64,000 nt of DNA from Octopus sinensis (GCF_006345805.1 NC_042997.1:63984001-64048000); one strand, 5' to 3'. Shown: positions 15,708-28,747, numbered from the stretch's first letter. A program made the numbers and translations. The notes: generated by a model from the letters alone, not told the origin.

Positions 15708-16264
15708 TGTAAACGCTAATCATTTTTAAAGCCTCAAATCTTGTATAATTTTATAGAGTTAACACTCATTAGAAAATTAAGATTTAAGTAAGAAAGTTCT
15801 CAAATTTGAAAGATATTCGTAATTTTTGTAAATTGTTTTTCAAAAAATAATTTTAGTAAAGCTCGTTAGTGATTCTTACAACTATTTTTTTCTGTTGTTT
15901 TGAAAAACAGCATCTATTCAGTGTTGCCAATAAAACATTAGACTAATATCATGTCACATTTTTGAGGAGAACCCTCATAATTATCTATTAAATCACTGTA
16001 TATTATTTGTCATTTTGTCAATATTTGCTGCATATAGTAAGCTTCACATAGCCGAAAATTATCTCGCTTTTTGCAAGAAATCAGAATATCTTACTAATTC
16101 TGTATATTCAACGACAAAATTAACAAATAGTCCCGTTTTTAACTCCAAGATATATGGTCACATTTGTTATATCACTTATCCGTATTGCCACCTTTAACAA
16201 ACACAAGTCATTATCACTGCGAATTAATTGTGAATTTTGTCCATTTTTAAAATCCTTATACGAG

Positions 16265-16651
16265 TCAACTGATAAGACTCTCAGTTGAATGAGGAGCTTT
16301 GAACATGACAATACAGGTGATAAGTATTGTAACGCATACGAAGATAGTGAGGAACAGACGATCAACTATCTGCGCCACCTGCTGCCATTCCAATTTTATA
16401 ACATCTCTGCGGTCTTGTTCCGCGAGACGTATTTCGTTTCGCTCTATCGTTTGATAAACTTTTGTAAGGACTCTTTTGAACTGTCTCTCAAAGTCATCAC
16501 TTGAATGTGTGGGCGACGTTAAGCGACTTTGCAAACCGCGCAGCCGACTGAATCTGGGCGACAGAATACCGCCATTGCTGGTTTCTAGATCCCCGTGAAA
16601 GCGTGTTTCTCGAATCATCGATTGTTGCTGGCTAAGTGTGGGATTCATTTC
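16265..16651 (-). CDS. nAChR-like subunit, terminal coding exon (end of loop, MA helix, M4, stop)
   Basis: Acceptor tctctctctag|GAA (phase 0). Translates EMNPTLSQQQ...DDFERQFKRVLTKVYQTIERNEIRLAEQDRRDVIKLEWQQVAQIVDRLFLTIFVCVTILITCIVMFKAPHSTESLIS*, with the EW..VA..DR M4 signature. TGA at 16267-16265. Confidence 0.96.
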   Translation of the reverse strand, partial: EMNPTLSQQQSMIRETRFHGDLETSNGGILSPRFSRLRGLQSRLTSPTHSSDDFERQFKRVLTKVYQTIERNEIRLAEQDRRDVIKLEWQQVAQIVDRLFLTIFVCVTILITCIVMFKAPHSTESLIS

Positions 16652-17090
16652 CTAGAGAGAGATTGAGCAAAAAAGAAAGACAAAAATACAAGAAATTAGT
16701 CATTAGCAAATACTACATGGAAAAGATAGTGTTAAACGAAGAAACAATAAAACTGAAAATTGTCTGTTGAAACAACAATGATAACGGTAGCAAAATCAAC
16801 AACAATAATTTCCACAAGTAATCAGCATTAGTCGCTACCACACCAAGAACTGAACTACAACAGTAGCAACAAGCAAAATAACAACACTGAAATATATATA
16901 TATATATATATATATCTATATATATATATATATATATATAATTATATATTATATATATATATTCATAATATTGGTTTTTGTAACAGCAACACAGATACAA
17001 AAGAAACAGTTGCAGTAGTATAAATCTGCCATTAAGAACAACAGCATCAACTGCAGAATAAGCACTGTAACAAAGCTAATAATAATGATA

Positions 17091-17135
<45 letters not shown>

Positions 17136-18029
17136 ACATATAGCTTCGGCGCGGGAAAATAAATATAAAAATAAATGGTTGCAGCAATTACAACAATATC
17201 AACAAAAACAACAGCAGAAGCAGCAACAACAACAGCACCAACAATTATGGCAGCAGCAGCACCAGCTGACGCAAAAACAACAACAATAACAATAGAATCA
17301 ACAGAACGGCAGCAGTAGCAGGAGCAAGAGCCGTAAAAGACACAAATGAAAACCTGGAGAATAAGTTTCAGTAAAAAGATTAAATAAAATGAAAATAACG
17401 AAACAACGACAACAACATTGTGATTTTGAAATGAGATACCGTAAAAAATATATATAATTTAGGAATCAAGTCAGAGTTGAAAGAAAAAGTGGGTACAACA
17501 TTAACAGCAACGAAAAGAATATTTGCATTAGCAAACCAACAAAATACAGCAACAAAATACGACAAAATTAACAAGATAAGTACAAAACAACAGATATACA
17601 GATAGCATCTACAGAAAGACAATAGTTGAATTTGATAGAAAACCTCTGAAAAATCAATAGAAATACACAAACACGCGTACACACCTATGCGCACGCAAAC
17701 ACACATGTACACACTTACACACTCATGCATGTGCACATACAAACAGTGTGTCTAGAAGAAAATGTAAGCCACCTAACGTCAAGAATTCAGCAAATTCTTA
17801 GTCTTTTGTTGAAAAACAAAGGCTAACATTGTTTCGGTGGGGAAGCTTGTTCATCAGCGGGTACAATATATGTAGAACACAATAAAACAGTTTTAGTTGT
17901 CAAAGGCTGCTTTAATCAACAGCAACAACGCTACGAACAGTATTCCTTACCACGTGCCAATAATATAAACAGTAGGAAATACAACAATTACTACTACTTC
18001 TACTAGTACTTCTGTTGCTGCTGCTGCTA

Positions 18030-18075
<46 letters not shown>

Positions 18076-18614
18076 CACACGTCGTCGTCGTCGTAGTAGT
18101 ATAAGGTGACGTCATTTTGTGAGAGTTGAAACCGGAACTAGTCAATGAAACCAACCTACACTCAACCCTGTAGGACGAAACACAAACGTGGCTCCTCCAG
18201 CATTTGAACTGAAAACCTCCCCGCTACGCACAATAGTTATGTTGATTAAAAACGAGTTATGTTAATGGCAATGAATGTTTATTACACTGATGTCTATGAA
18301 CGTGGTAACAATGATGGTGTTGGTGAAGATGGTTACGACGACGACGACGATGATGATGATGATCATCATCATCATTATCATCACCATTGTGGTGATTACT
18401 AATTTCAGCACATACTATAGACATTTTGAAAGATTATAATCGATGAAATCGATTACAGTAATTGACTGGAACTAAATATACCACTTCACTTGTAACCAAT
18501 GTAACGGTAAAACTGAGCTTGTCTGGTATTGAAATCCTAATGTAAAAAGGGTACATTTAAATCTTGTATACCACGCTACTAAATCTGCCGTTACAATACT
18601 GAAATAATAGCAAT

Positions 18615-19050
18615 AATTCTTTCTATAGGCACAAGGTGTGAAAATTGGGGGAGGAGGACTAGTCGATTACATCGACCTCAGTGTTCAACTGGTTCTAACA
18701 TCGATCCCGAAATGATGAAGAGCAAAGTTGACTACGACAGAATTTGAACTCAGAATACGAAGATGGACTAAATGCTGCCAAGCACTTTGCCCAGCGTGCA
18801 AAGGATTCTGCTAGCATGCCACCTTTGAAATAATCCTTTCTACTAAAAGCACAAGTCTTGAATTTTGGGGGAGCAGACTAGCCAATTACATCGACCGCAG
18901 TGTTTCGTTGGTACTTAATTTATCGGTCCCGAAAGGATGAAAGGCAAAGTCGACCTCGGCGGTATTTGAACTCAGAACATAAAGACAAACGAAATGCTGC
19001 TAAGCATTTTGCCCGGCATGCTAACGATTCAACTAGGTCACCGTCTTAAG
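18615..19050 (-). mobile_element. Two tandem family A SINE copies
   Basis: The core with gaatttgaactcagaa appears at ~18740 and ~18965, each copy with head and tail. Confidence 0.85.
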
Positions 19051-19619
19051 GGACTACAGCATATGGCTGTTACTAAATTTCATCTTCCGTGAAATGCTGA
19101 AAGGCAAAAATCTAGTTTGGTAAGTTTCGAACATAAAATATAAGAAAATACTACAAAAAAATTTAATCTGAAACACTGTCATTGATATTTTTATCAAATG
19201 ACATTGTTTGCTACAATGATCTGGTATTTTCCAATACGAAAAGTAATCGTTGTAACGATAAATTTTCGTATACAATCATTTTATTCCTTTCACTTAAACA
19301 TATGCCCAAACATTAAATTGTTTAAAAGGAGTAGCTACATTCGACTGCAATGATTAACTTCTAAAATTAGTGCAATGTTATAAACTATAGAGTACTGTAT
19401 ACTCAAATCTTCCGTGAACAGTGTTTTACTGGTTTAATAGATCTCTCAATAGAAAGAGGAAAAAATTCATTTCTCCGGAAATTTAAACTGATATCATACA
19501 CACATATTTCAATAACATCGCTCTAAGATTTCTGTCTACCTCTCTCATATGCCAGGTAGTACACTACTACTACTAACCATTGTTTCTTTACACATCATTT
19601 GTAACACTTATACCAATAA

Positions 19620-19935
19620 TAATCTTTTCTACTATAGACACAAGGCCCGAAATTTTTGGGGCAAGGGGCCAGTCAATTAGATCTACCCCAGTATGCAACC
19701 GGTACTTAATTTATCGATCCCGAAAGGATGAAATGCAAAGTCGACCTCGGTGGATTTTGAACCCAGAACCTAAAGACAGACGAAAGCATCTATCCCAGCG
19801 TGCTAACGTTTGTGCCAGTTTGCCGCTCTTAAATATTCTCATCTACTCTAGGAACAAGGCCCAAGATTTTGGGGGAAGAAGCCATTCGATTAGATTGACC
19901 CCAGTACGCAACGATTCTGCCAGCTCACCGCCTTA
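19620..19935 (-). mobile_element. Family A SINE plus an internally deleted copy
   Basis: Full copy at ~19620-19832; deleted copy at ~19840-19935 ending gattctgccagctcaccgcctta. Confidence 0.85.
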
Positions 19936-19963
19936 ATTATACGAATAATAATGCCATTTCTGA

Positions 19964-20182
19964 AGGCGGCGAGCCGGCAGAAATAGTAGAACACCGGGCA
20001 ACATGCTTAGCGGCATTTTTGTGTGTGTCTTTACCTTCTGAGTTCAAATTTCACCGAGGTCGACTCTGCCTCTCATCCTTTCGGGGACTTTAAATTAAGC
20101 ACCAGTTGTATACTGCGGTCGATCTAATCGACTTTTTCCTCCCCCCAAATTTCGGGTCTTGTGCCTAGAGAAGAAAAGAATA
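19964..20182 (+). mobile_element. Family A SINE, head-to-head with the preceding copy
   Basis: aggcggcgagccggcagaa...gagttcaaatttcaccgaggtcgac...tgtgcctagagaagaaaagaat. Confidence 0.88.
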
Positions 20183-21045
20183 ATGCCAATTCTGGTACTT
20201 ATATCTTCTTATTACAAGCATGTTTTTTCTATCACCTATAACGTATTTGCTTTTATATTAATATCCTACCTCTATATTTACCAGATAGAAACAATAGCAC
20301 AAGACAATATCAATCTGCAATTATTAGAATTAATCATATGGGTGCAAATCAAACCTTGCCCCATGATAATGACTATCCCCTGTATAACCCCATAAATTCT
20401 AACCCCTATCGCCTGTATATCACCATAAATTTTGAACGATATTCCTCCTCTCTTAGAATGTTTAACAATGGTATGCGGCACTCCTATCTGCTACTTAATT
20501 GTCTTTATTTACTTTGTCTTGGGTTCAATTCCTGCTATTCCCATTTCTGATCTTAGCGTAATAAAACAAATAATATAAAAATACATATATAATTACCGAC
20601 ACTTCATCTCTAGTCTTTGACAAGGAACCAATGTAGGTGACTCCAATTAACATCTTCTATCCCTGACCGTCTATCTAACCTGGATGGTGGCTATAACTAA
20701 CTAAATCCTTAATGTATTTCCACCCTTTTAACGGTCATTATTGCCTATGTTGTGTTTCTCTCCATTTCGTGGTCAGATTCGGCTGACCGATAGGCGTGTT
20801 CCCACTGCGTTCAGGGAGTGCTCTTACATTGCTTTGAAATTATATGTATCATCTGACGAACACAGTTTTTAGAAATGATATAATGTACTCACTCATTCAT
20901 CTATTAAAAATGCCTAAGAAACAGTTGTAATGAATTGACATTTATCCATCGTCTGTTATTATTCATTTGCTTATATACATACATACACACACACACACAC
21001 ACACCACACACATATATATATATATATTATATATATATATATATG

Positions 21046-21087
<42 letters not shown>

Positions 21088-21182
21088 TAAAATATTATTA
21101 GAGACAAAACCACTATTTTGCAAAACAAACAAGGAAAGACTTAATCAATACATAAAATTTTAATAAATAGTCAAAAAAACCG

Positions 21183-21225
21183 CCACTACAATCGTTTCTT
21201 GTCTTGATCGACAATCTTCAGGTGG
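21183..21225 (-). ncRNA. Mirror hammerhead motif, sense to the host pre-mRNA
   Basis: Reverse complement of 21292-21334. Confidence 0.75.
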
Positions 21226-21291
21226 ACTTCCAATAATTCAGTGTCAAATTATAAATGTCAATTCATAATTTGACACTGAATTATTGGAAGT

Positions 21292-21334
21292 CCACCTGAA
21301 GATTGTCGATCAAGACAAGAAACGATTGTAGTGG
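21292..21334 (+). ncRNA. Minimal type-I hammerhead ribozyme motif
   Basis: ccac CTGAAGA ttgtc-gatcaa-gacaa GAAAC gatt GTA gtgg. Shows a canonical CUGANGA/GAAA core, a 5-bp helix II, a short near-palindromic helix III and helix I ccac/gtgg. Confidence 0.75.
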
Positions 21335-21510
21335 CGGTTTTTTTGACTATTTATTAAAATTTTATGTATTGATTAATTCTTTCTTGTTTGTTTTGCAAAA
21401 TAGTGGTTTTGTCTCTAATAATATTTTATAATATTTTACTATAAAATCGATTTAATCCTAAATCTGATTTTTTCCCTGTAAATTTGGATTTATTCCCTAA
21501 TATTTATTAT

Positions 21511-21583
<73 letters not shown>

Positions 21584-21601
21584 GTATGTGTATATATATA
21601 T

Positions 21602-21669
<68 letters not shown>

Positions 21670-22229
21670 TATATATATATAATATAAAACTTTTATTTTG
21701 TTTACGGGAATTGTTTTGAATATGCTCCTATTCTACTATGCCGGGATATAATAGCATATAATAGAACGAAGGAAGAACACAAATTCTACACACCATTATA
21801 TCACCAAAAATAAAAATAAAAAATGTCTCCTTTAGAAACTGTCATTTGTCAACTCTGAAAATGAACTCCACTACCTGAATAATTTTAGTGGATGCACTTT
21901 GCTGACCTGACTACTTCTGAATTCACGGAGGGGCCTTCTGTGAATAAGATCAAGCAAAAGAACCATGCTACCCATTGTTACATCTGCATACTCATATAGT
22001 AAAATATGTCCAATATCACCACACACACATCCAACTCGCTATAACTACCATTCCTTCCTTTCTTTCCAACACCTACTTCCACCTCTCCCCACAAAATAAA
22101 GACAGAAATATCCATATACCCCAATCAATCTTCTCATTGGTTCAAAATTGGTAAACAACCCTCAGTTAACTATCCATTAATGCAATTTTGCCCGAAGATC
22201 TACACGATGTCCATGGATACTACGGACTA

Positions 22230-22460
22230 GGCGGCGAGCTGGCAGAATCGTTAGCACGTCGGGCGAAATGTTTAGCGGTATTTCGTCTGCCGTTACGTTG
22301 TGAGTTCAAATTCCGCCGAGGTCGACTTTCCCTTTCATCCTTTCGGGGTCGATAAATTAAGTACCAGTTAAGCACTGGGGTCGATATAATCGACTTAATA
22401 CATATGTCTGTCCATGTTTGTCCCCTCTGTGTTCAGCCCCTTGTGGGTAATAAAGAAATA
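22230..22460 (+). mobile_element. Full-length tRNA-derived SINE (family A) with perfect 15-bp TSD
   Basis: ggcggcgagctggcagaatcgttagc...gagttcaaattcc...aagaaata, flanked by ggatactacggacta at 22215-22229 and 22461-22475. Confidence 0.93.
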
Positions 22461-23003
22461 GGATACTACGGACTACACTGTAATTATCCCAGTAATACGG
22501 ATTATGAACTTAAGGAACATGTGATTTGTGGAAACGCCCGTTGTGATGCATTAAAATATAAATCCCATCTTTGGATGGGATTATTATAATTATTACTATG
22601 TATGTATATATATATGTATGTTTGTATGTATGTATGTATGTATGTATGCATGTATGTATCTATCTATCTATACACATACACACATATATATATATATGTA
22701 TTCACATCATACGGAGGTAGACTCATACAAAGGGAGGTACAAAAACTTAACGCATTTATCACAGTCCTTTCTCTCTTCAGTAAATTTCGGATTAAATGTA
22801 TTCATTATAGTATTGCTGGATGACAGTATCATAATTAGATGTCAATATATACATCCGTATATACATATATACATCTGAGGCCTTGTGTCACTTTGTAATT
22901 TCCGCCGATTTAATGTGATAACATAGCTCACTCATTCTCATATACTGCGTTGTATTTATCCTCCATTTGTTCTGCTGCTAAAACCACATACATACATACA
23001 TAC

Positions 23004-23034
<31 letters not shown>

Positions 23035-23047
23035 GATATATATATAT

Positions 23048-23110
<63 letters not shown>

Positions 23111-23242
23111 TGATGTGTATGTATATGTGTCTCTGTGTGATTATTCTTTAAAGTATTTTTCATCTTATTAAAATTAGCAATCATAACATTTCATTTTCTT
23201 TCTTAATTTGGTAACTACATACATGCATATAAATAAATATAA

Positions 23243-23285
<43 letters not shown>

Positions 23286-24879
23286 TATAATGTATTCATA
23301 TTTTATGATTAAAATCTTCTTTCCCCATTAATGTATCAATCTTTTATGTATTATCATCACTGTGCAAATATCATGATATTATTTAATTATTCGACTTAAT
23401 AATATATTCATCAGCGTATCATTCTGTTAGAAATTATATTTCTTCATATTAGATTGGAACGAAAGTCAGAGGTATTTCAAGATGAGTATGAAAGGGATAC
23501 TTCGTTAGCTTTATTTAATCATGATAATATTTTCCCTTATCATTGCTAACATAATTCCATCTATTTGATGAATTGCTGATCTCTCGGGCGTAAGGTATCA
23601 GGTATCGAAGCAAAGAAACACTGAATATAATTTATATAATTTTTAACTGCTTCACATTTCGTAAATTTTTCCATTCCAAATAATTTTGTGGTGATCTACA
23701 AAAGAATAAAAAAATTGTTTTGAGATGGAGAAAGGTAAGAAGAATGACGCAAAACTTCCATTCTGAATGCCATAATCCTTTCTTGGTCGTTAGGTGGTCT
23801 TATATTACCGTGTAGCAACAGGTGGTTACGAGTGGTCAGTGATGACTTTTTTTTTCGGCGAAACTTTGTGCAATGATTTCATCCAATGACAATTTCTCTC
23901 TCTATTAACTGCTTTGTTTTTGTCTAATACTACATGATAGACGGCCCCCTTCATATTCATTCAAACACTGACCACAAAACTTTTCAGCTGTGGTACCTGT
24001 TTGGGATGGTATCTCTGTCATATGATTATAGTGAACTCACATTTCATCAATTGCGCTGATTCTACCCAGGAACGAATATGTAACAAGTCCAGTTTTCAAG
24101 AAGGAGAAGAGAGAATCTTATTGATTACGATAAAAAGTAATCTGATGGTGGGAGACTCAATAACCAAATCTATATACCCTTTCTAATTCAAGAAGTTTTA
24201 CGCTGAAAGTGTGACTTGAATTGAACTGTTTTACTAATTCTCACGCATTTTACATTGGATTTTTCTCAACTCCGGTTTTCAGAACAGAATTGTCTAGTTC
24301 GGGGGGAGTCTGAGAGCAATAACAAACTTCCTGTGTGAGACTGTGTTCATATATACGGAGAGTTAAAGGATTTTGTCCATAGACAGAACGAATATTTCTT
24401 AATTGCATTGATGAACAGCTCTTAGAATTCATGCAGCATGTAGTGTTTGATGTAGGTCTGATCTAAACAAGCTTAAACTCTATGGTATAAAAGTTATCCT
24501 GCAAAGAAATACAAAAATAACATTAAACTGTAAAAGTTAAATACTTATTAGGTATTGAAAAAGTACCCGCTGAGTGATACTGTCCAAGGTGCGATATGAT
24601 TTTCTTTCCACCCTAACATATTAATGGCAAAAAAAATTTAGTTCTAAAAGAAAATGTTTGTTGTATTTATGTGTTTCACAGTAATATTATTAATTCTCTA
24701 ACTCTTCATGAGCAAGAAACATTATTCTATCGAAACATAAGCAGATAGAGAATATAATTTATGAACATCGAGTCAAAAGACTTGTGTCACATATCGCTCC
24801 CTATATATATATATATATATATATATACATGTGTGTGTGTGTGCACATACATAAATTCAAAGATATAGGGAAGGTGATG

Positions 24880-25370
24880 CTATGCATATCGCCCGGTGTA
24901 CTATCGAGACTTCTAGTTCACCGCCCTAACATTCATCCATTGTAATGTTGAATGGTGAATGCAGATCGCTTTTAGATTCTTCGGTCTCGTCTTCATGATG
25001 GCTTCTCTAAACATTTTGAGTATCACAATAAATCTTCCACCAATGTATAGTAGCCAAAGTCCAGCTGTGCGGTGGGGACGAGTAATGTGAATTCTCTGAT
25101 CACACGAATCAGTTTCTCCTGTTGCTTGTTATTTGTGTCCTTGGACACAGTTTAAAGTCAGCCGCTGCATGGCTTGTCGTCAATAATGTTTTTCTTCTTT
25201 TTAAACCTCATTTAGCTGTGCAGATTTTCCTCATCTCTGTAAAATGGTATCTCTGTAAAAAGATGTTAGATAGCCTTCAAGGCACTCAAACAAAGTACTC
25301 AAAGAGCAGTTTGAAAGAGATGCCTTTTAAGAAGAATGCTATGCTTACTTTGCGTTACTCCAGCACAACG
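24880..25370 (-). mobile_element. Highly decayed mariner-like transposase remnant
   Basis: Minus strand gives fragments like RFKKK..IIDDKPCSG and an HTH-like stretch (TAQLDFGYYTLV); heavily interrupted. Confidence 0.45.
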
Positions 25371-25376
25371 CTCGCT

Positions 25377-25421
<45 letters not shown>

Positions 25422-25500
25422 GTGGTGTGTGTGTGCTGTGGTGTGTGTGTGTGTGTGTGACACACACACACACACCACACACACATATATATGTATATAA

Positions 25501-25728
25501 GGCGAGCTGGCAAAACGTTAGCACGCCGGGCGAAGTGCGTTGCCGTATTTCGTCTGTCGTTACGTTCCGAGTTCAAATTCCGCTGAGGTCGACTTTGCCT
25601 TTCATCCATTCGGGGTCGATAAATTAAGTACCAGTTACGCACTGGGGTCGATGTAATCAACTTAATCCCTTTGCATGTCCTTGTTTGTCCCCTCTATGTT
25701 TATCCCCTTGTGGGTAGTAAAGAAATAT
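25501..25728 (+). mobile_element. SINE family A, full length
   Basis: Aligns end to end with 22230-22460. Confidence 0.92.
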
Positions 25729-25761
25729 ATATATATGAAAGTATGTATGTATTTATGTGAA

Positions 25762-25915
25762 GCATGGGTGTGTGTTAAAAATTTTGCTTCTCAACCATAT
25801 GGTTCTCATTCAGGTTCAGTTCCACTGCGTGGCATAGTGGACAAGTGTCTTTCACTATGGCCCTGAAATGACTTTGTGATTGGATTTGGAGGACGGAAGC
25901 TGAAAGAAACCCACC
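25762..25915 (+). mobile_element. SINE family B, 5' half
   Basis: ttcagttccactgcgtggcatagtggacaagtgtc...ggatttggaggacggaagctgaaagaa. Confidence 0.7.
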
Positions 25916-27166
25916 CCCTTATGTGTGTGTGATCTTTCACGACACCTTAAAGTCTAGAACCTTTCAGCATCTCCTCGTATATCGGCAGTTCGGCCATGTA
26001 ACTATACACTAACAGAAACAGACATAGACACACACACACACACACACATCAATATATATGTGTATGTATGTATACATGCATACGTACATACATGCTTACA
26101 CGCACTAACACACACCAGCGTGCAGGCATGTAAACTAATTTATTATATACTAAAATAAATTATTTTCCCACTGTGTTGGTTGCGAAAGAATCGTAATCTT
26201 ATGGATTTCAGCAGGTGGAAGAAGCATATTCATCTCATACCACCGGACTTTCTTTATATTCCTTATACACCTAATGATATGTTCATTACCCATTGGATTT
26301 ACTGGATTTCCCCCGCACAGGACTACACATGGCACCCCTAGGTATTGGTTTACTATGTGGTTTCTACATGTGCTGTTCTACACACGAAGAACTGCCGGCC
26401 AAACCAAAGTCACACCAGTACCAGAATATATCCACGCATTTAAGTATTAATAATATTGATGGAGAATTTCTATAGGAACAGCAACTCGGTGGAAGCGCAA
26501 TATTCTAGATATTGATATTTGGGGCATGAAAAGAAAATCATGCACTGTTCAGCTGCCCGGCGCATGTGTATGTAAGGTAAAAAATTCAACAAAAGAGAAC
26601 ATCGAGGAGAACAAACGAAATATCTACAGCAAATATTCCGGTTACAGCTTTTCATTTATACCTCTTCTTAGAGGTGCACTAGGCTGCGTAAAGAATAAAG
26701 AAATGCCAGGCTTCTTCAAACAAAGAATATAAGAAAATGATATACATTCTCCAAATACAATCGATTATTTACGGTGTGAATGTGTAAAACATTCTAGAGC
26801 TTCTCTATTTGATGTACTTGAGCTGAACACACGCAGACAATCACATACACATAAGGAATAACCCATGCACATACATATAGAAGAACGAAGTACATACATT
26901 TGTGTACAAAAATGTCATGCATATCCATTACATGAGTGCAAGTTCATTGGTACGTAAACATATATGCAGAAACACACATTCAAATACCGGCAACCAATCT
27001 AGATGATGCGAAAACGCCTGGGCTGTCTTCAATGAAGCATTAGAACCTTATCAGTTCGTTAGTAACATGTTTGCATTTTGCAAACGAAAATAGATACTGA
27101 AGTCAATCCCAAAGTAAAAATATTATGTGTTTGTAGTTGATGGACAAAACGAGGGTAATATGCACT

Positions 27167-27205
<39 letters not shown>

Positions 27206-27269
27206 TATATATATATATATATGAAAAAACAAGTCAAAATAGAAAATGCTAAAATAATTTTATAAAGAA

Positions 27270-27317
27270 CATTTCAGTACCGGTTTCGGTCATTTTGAGA
27301 CCTTTTCAACTGTAACG
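27270..27317 (-). ncRNA. Mirror copy of the U3-A8 hammerhead motif, sense to the host pre-mRNA
   Basis: Exact reverse complement of 28411-28458, located in the other arm of the inverted repeat. Confidence 0.65.
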
Positions 27318-27696
27318 ATTAAATAATTAAATTTAGAAAAATTAGAAGAAAAGTTTTTTTAAAAGGAATATTTGTATAGTGTTCAAGTATAAGTGGCATT
27401 CTGCCTTTCTCTGACTCCCTTGTTTGCACTTGTGTGTTCGAGGTCGTTGTGAATTCTTGGTAGGGTAGAAGAAGAAGAAGGCTGATGAGGAGAGGGGGTG
27501 GAAACATTTGGGAGTGCCTTGATTGTTGTATTTTGAATGGTCAGTGACGGCTAGCAGTTGCAGTTCAATTCGGGAGAATATTTCTATTGAGAGGTTTGTT
27601 TATGGAATTTGCGTAGGTGTTTTACTAAAAAGCATTAGTGATAAAGTTAAGAGGTGGAGCAGAAGAAGAAGAAGAAGAAGAAGAAGATGACGATGT

Positions 27697-27730
<34 letters not shown>

Positions 27731-28410
27731 GAAGAAGGAGAAGGAGAAGAAGAAGATGATGATGATGATGGCGGTGATGATGATGACGACGATGATGATG
27801 ATAATAATGATGATGATGAAGAAGAAGAGGAAGAAGAAGAAAACAGAGAAGGGAGAATATGAATGGGTGAAAGTAGTGAGGTGTTGTATGACTTGAAGTT
27901 GGCATGTTATGGATTATAGCTGTGATTGGGGCTGATTAGTAATGGATTCTTTGGAATGTAATATTGTGTGTGTATTTCTTTTATTCTAAGTTGAGGTATA
28001 TTAATCGTTTGTCGTAGACCCGTTAAGAAGTGGCCTGTATTTTGTAATAAAGAGAGTTCTTTACTTATTCGTTGTCTCGAGGTTGTATCGTCCCTAAATT
28101 GGTAGAGGGGGAAAATCCTGAAGCCTGGTGTTTTGTTGTTGGCGCAAGTATCTATGTGTTGGCTGAAAGCTATTTTTCTGTTTTGGGGAATTTTTATCTG
28201 GGATCTGTGCAGGGCCATTCTTTTACGCAAACTATTTTTTGTTTGGCCTATGTACTGCTCTTGACACAAGAATTCACAACGACCTCGAACACACAAGTGC
28301 AAACAAGGGAGTCAGTGAAAGGCAGAATGCCACTTATACTTGAACACTATACAAATATTCCTTTTAAAAAAAACTTTTTCTTCTAATTTTTCTAAATTTA
28401 ATTATTTAAT

Positions 28411-28458
28411 CGTTACAGTTGAAAAGGTCTCAAAATGACCGAAACCGGTACTGAAATG
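28411..28458 (+). ncRNA. Minimal type-I hammerhead ribozyme motif, U3-A8 core variant
   Basis: cgtt-a-cag TTGAAAA ggtc-tcaaaat-gacc GAAA ccgg TA ctg-a-aatg. Helix I and helix II pair, helix III is the palindrome ACCGGU, and the cleavage triplet is GUA. Confidence 0.65.
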
Positions 28459-28531
28459 TTCTTTATAAAATTATTTTAGCATTTTCTATTTTAACTTGTT
28501 TTTTCATATTATCAACTCGTGTGTTCCTTTT

Positions 28532-28600
<69 letters not shown>

Positions 28601-28747
28601 GAAGGGCTTATTTCAGTTTCCGCCAACCAAATCCACTCAGAAAGCTTTGGGCGATCCGGGGTTATATTAGAAGACACTTGCCCAAGATACACTGGGGTAA
28701 TTTCTAATTCATTTTTACACACACAGACACGCGCACACACACACACA

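Larger units (their letters stand above)
21086..21430. mobile_element. Near-perfect palindrome from a PLE-type pseudo-LTR
   Basis: Arms 21086-21252 and 21265-21430 (~167 bp, 2 differences seen) around a 12-nt loop aaatgtcaattc. Each arm carries a hammerhead motif, and the element is flanked by (TA)n arrays. Confidence 0.85.
27219..28509 (-). mobile_element. 5'-truncated Penelope-like element with GIY-YIG endonuclease remnant and inverted terminal copy
   Basis: Minus-strand peptide CQEQYIGQTKNSLRKRMALHRSQIK...FRIFPLYQFRDDTTSRQRISKE, continuing after a frameshift as FITKYRPLLNGS. Inverted arms of ~240 bp (27219-27459 and 28267-28509) differ at about 4 positions. Confidence 0.88.

Noticed and set aside
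17160-17345. CAG/CAA-rich tract resembling a polyQ exon
   Set aside because: It has in-frame stops on the plus strand and no splice context; it is a degenerate microsatellite.
21800-22590. Possible decayed PLE around the TSD-flanked SINE
   Set aside because: Resemblance to GIY-YIG and hammerhead text is too degenerate to call.
24250-24498. Strong minus-strand acceptor (tttttgtatttctttgcag at ~24499-24517) upstream of ORF 24250-24432
   Set aside because: All three frames hit a stop within 12 codons of the acceptor, and no convincing in-phase donor was found.
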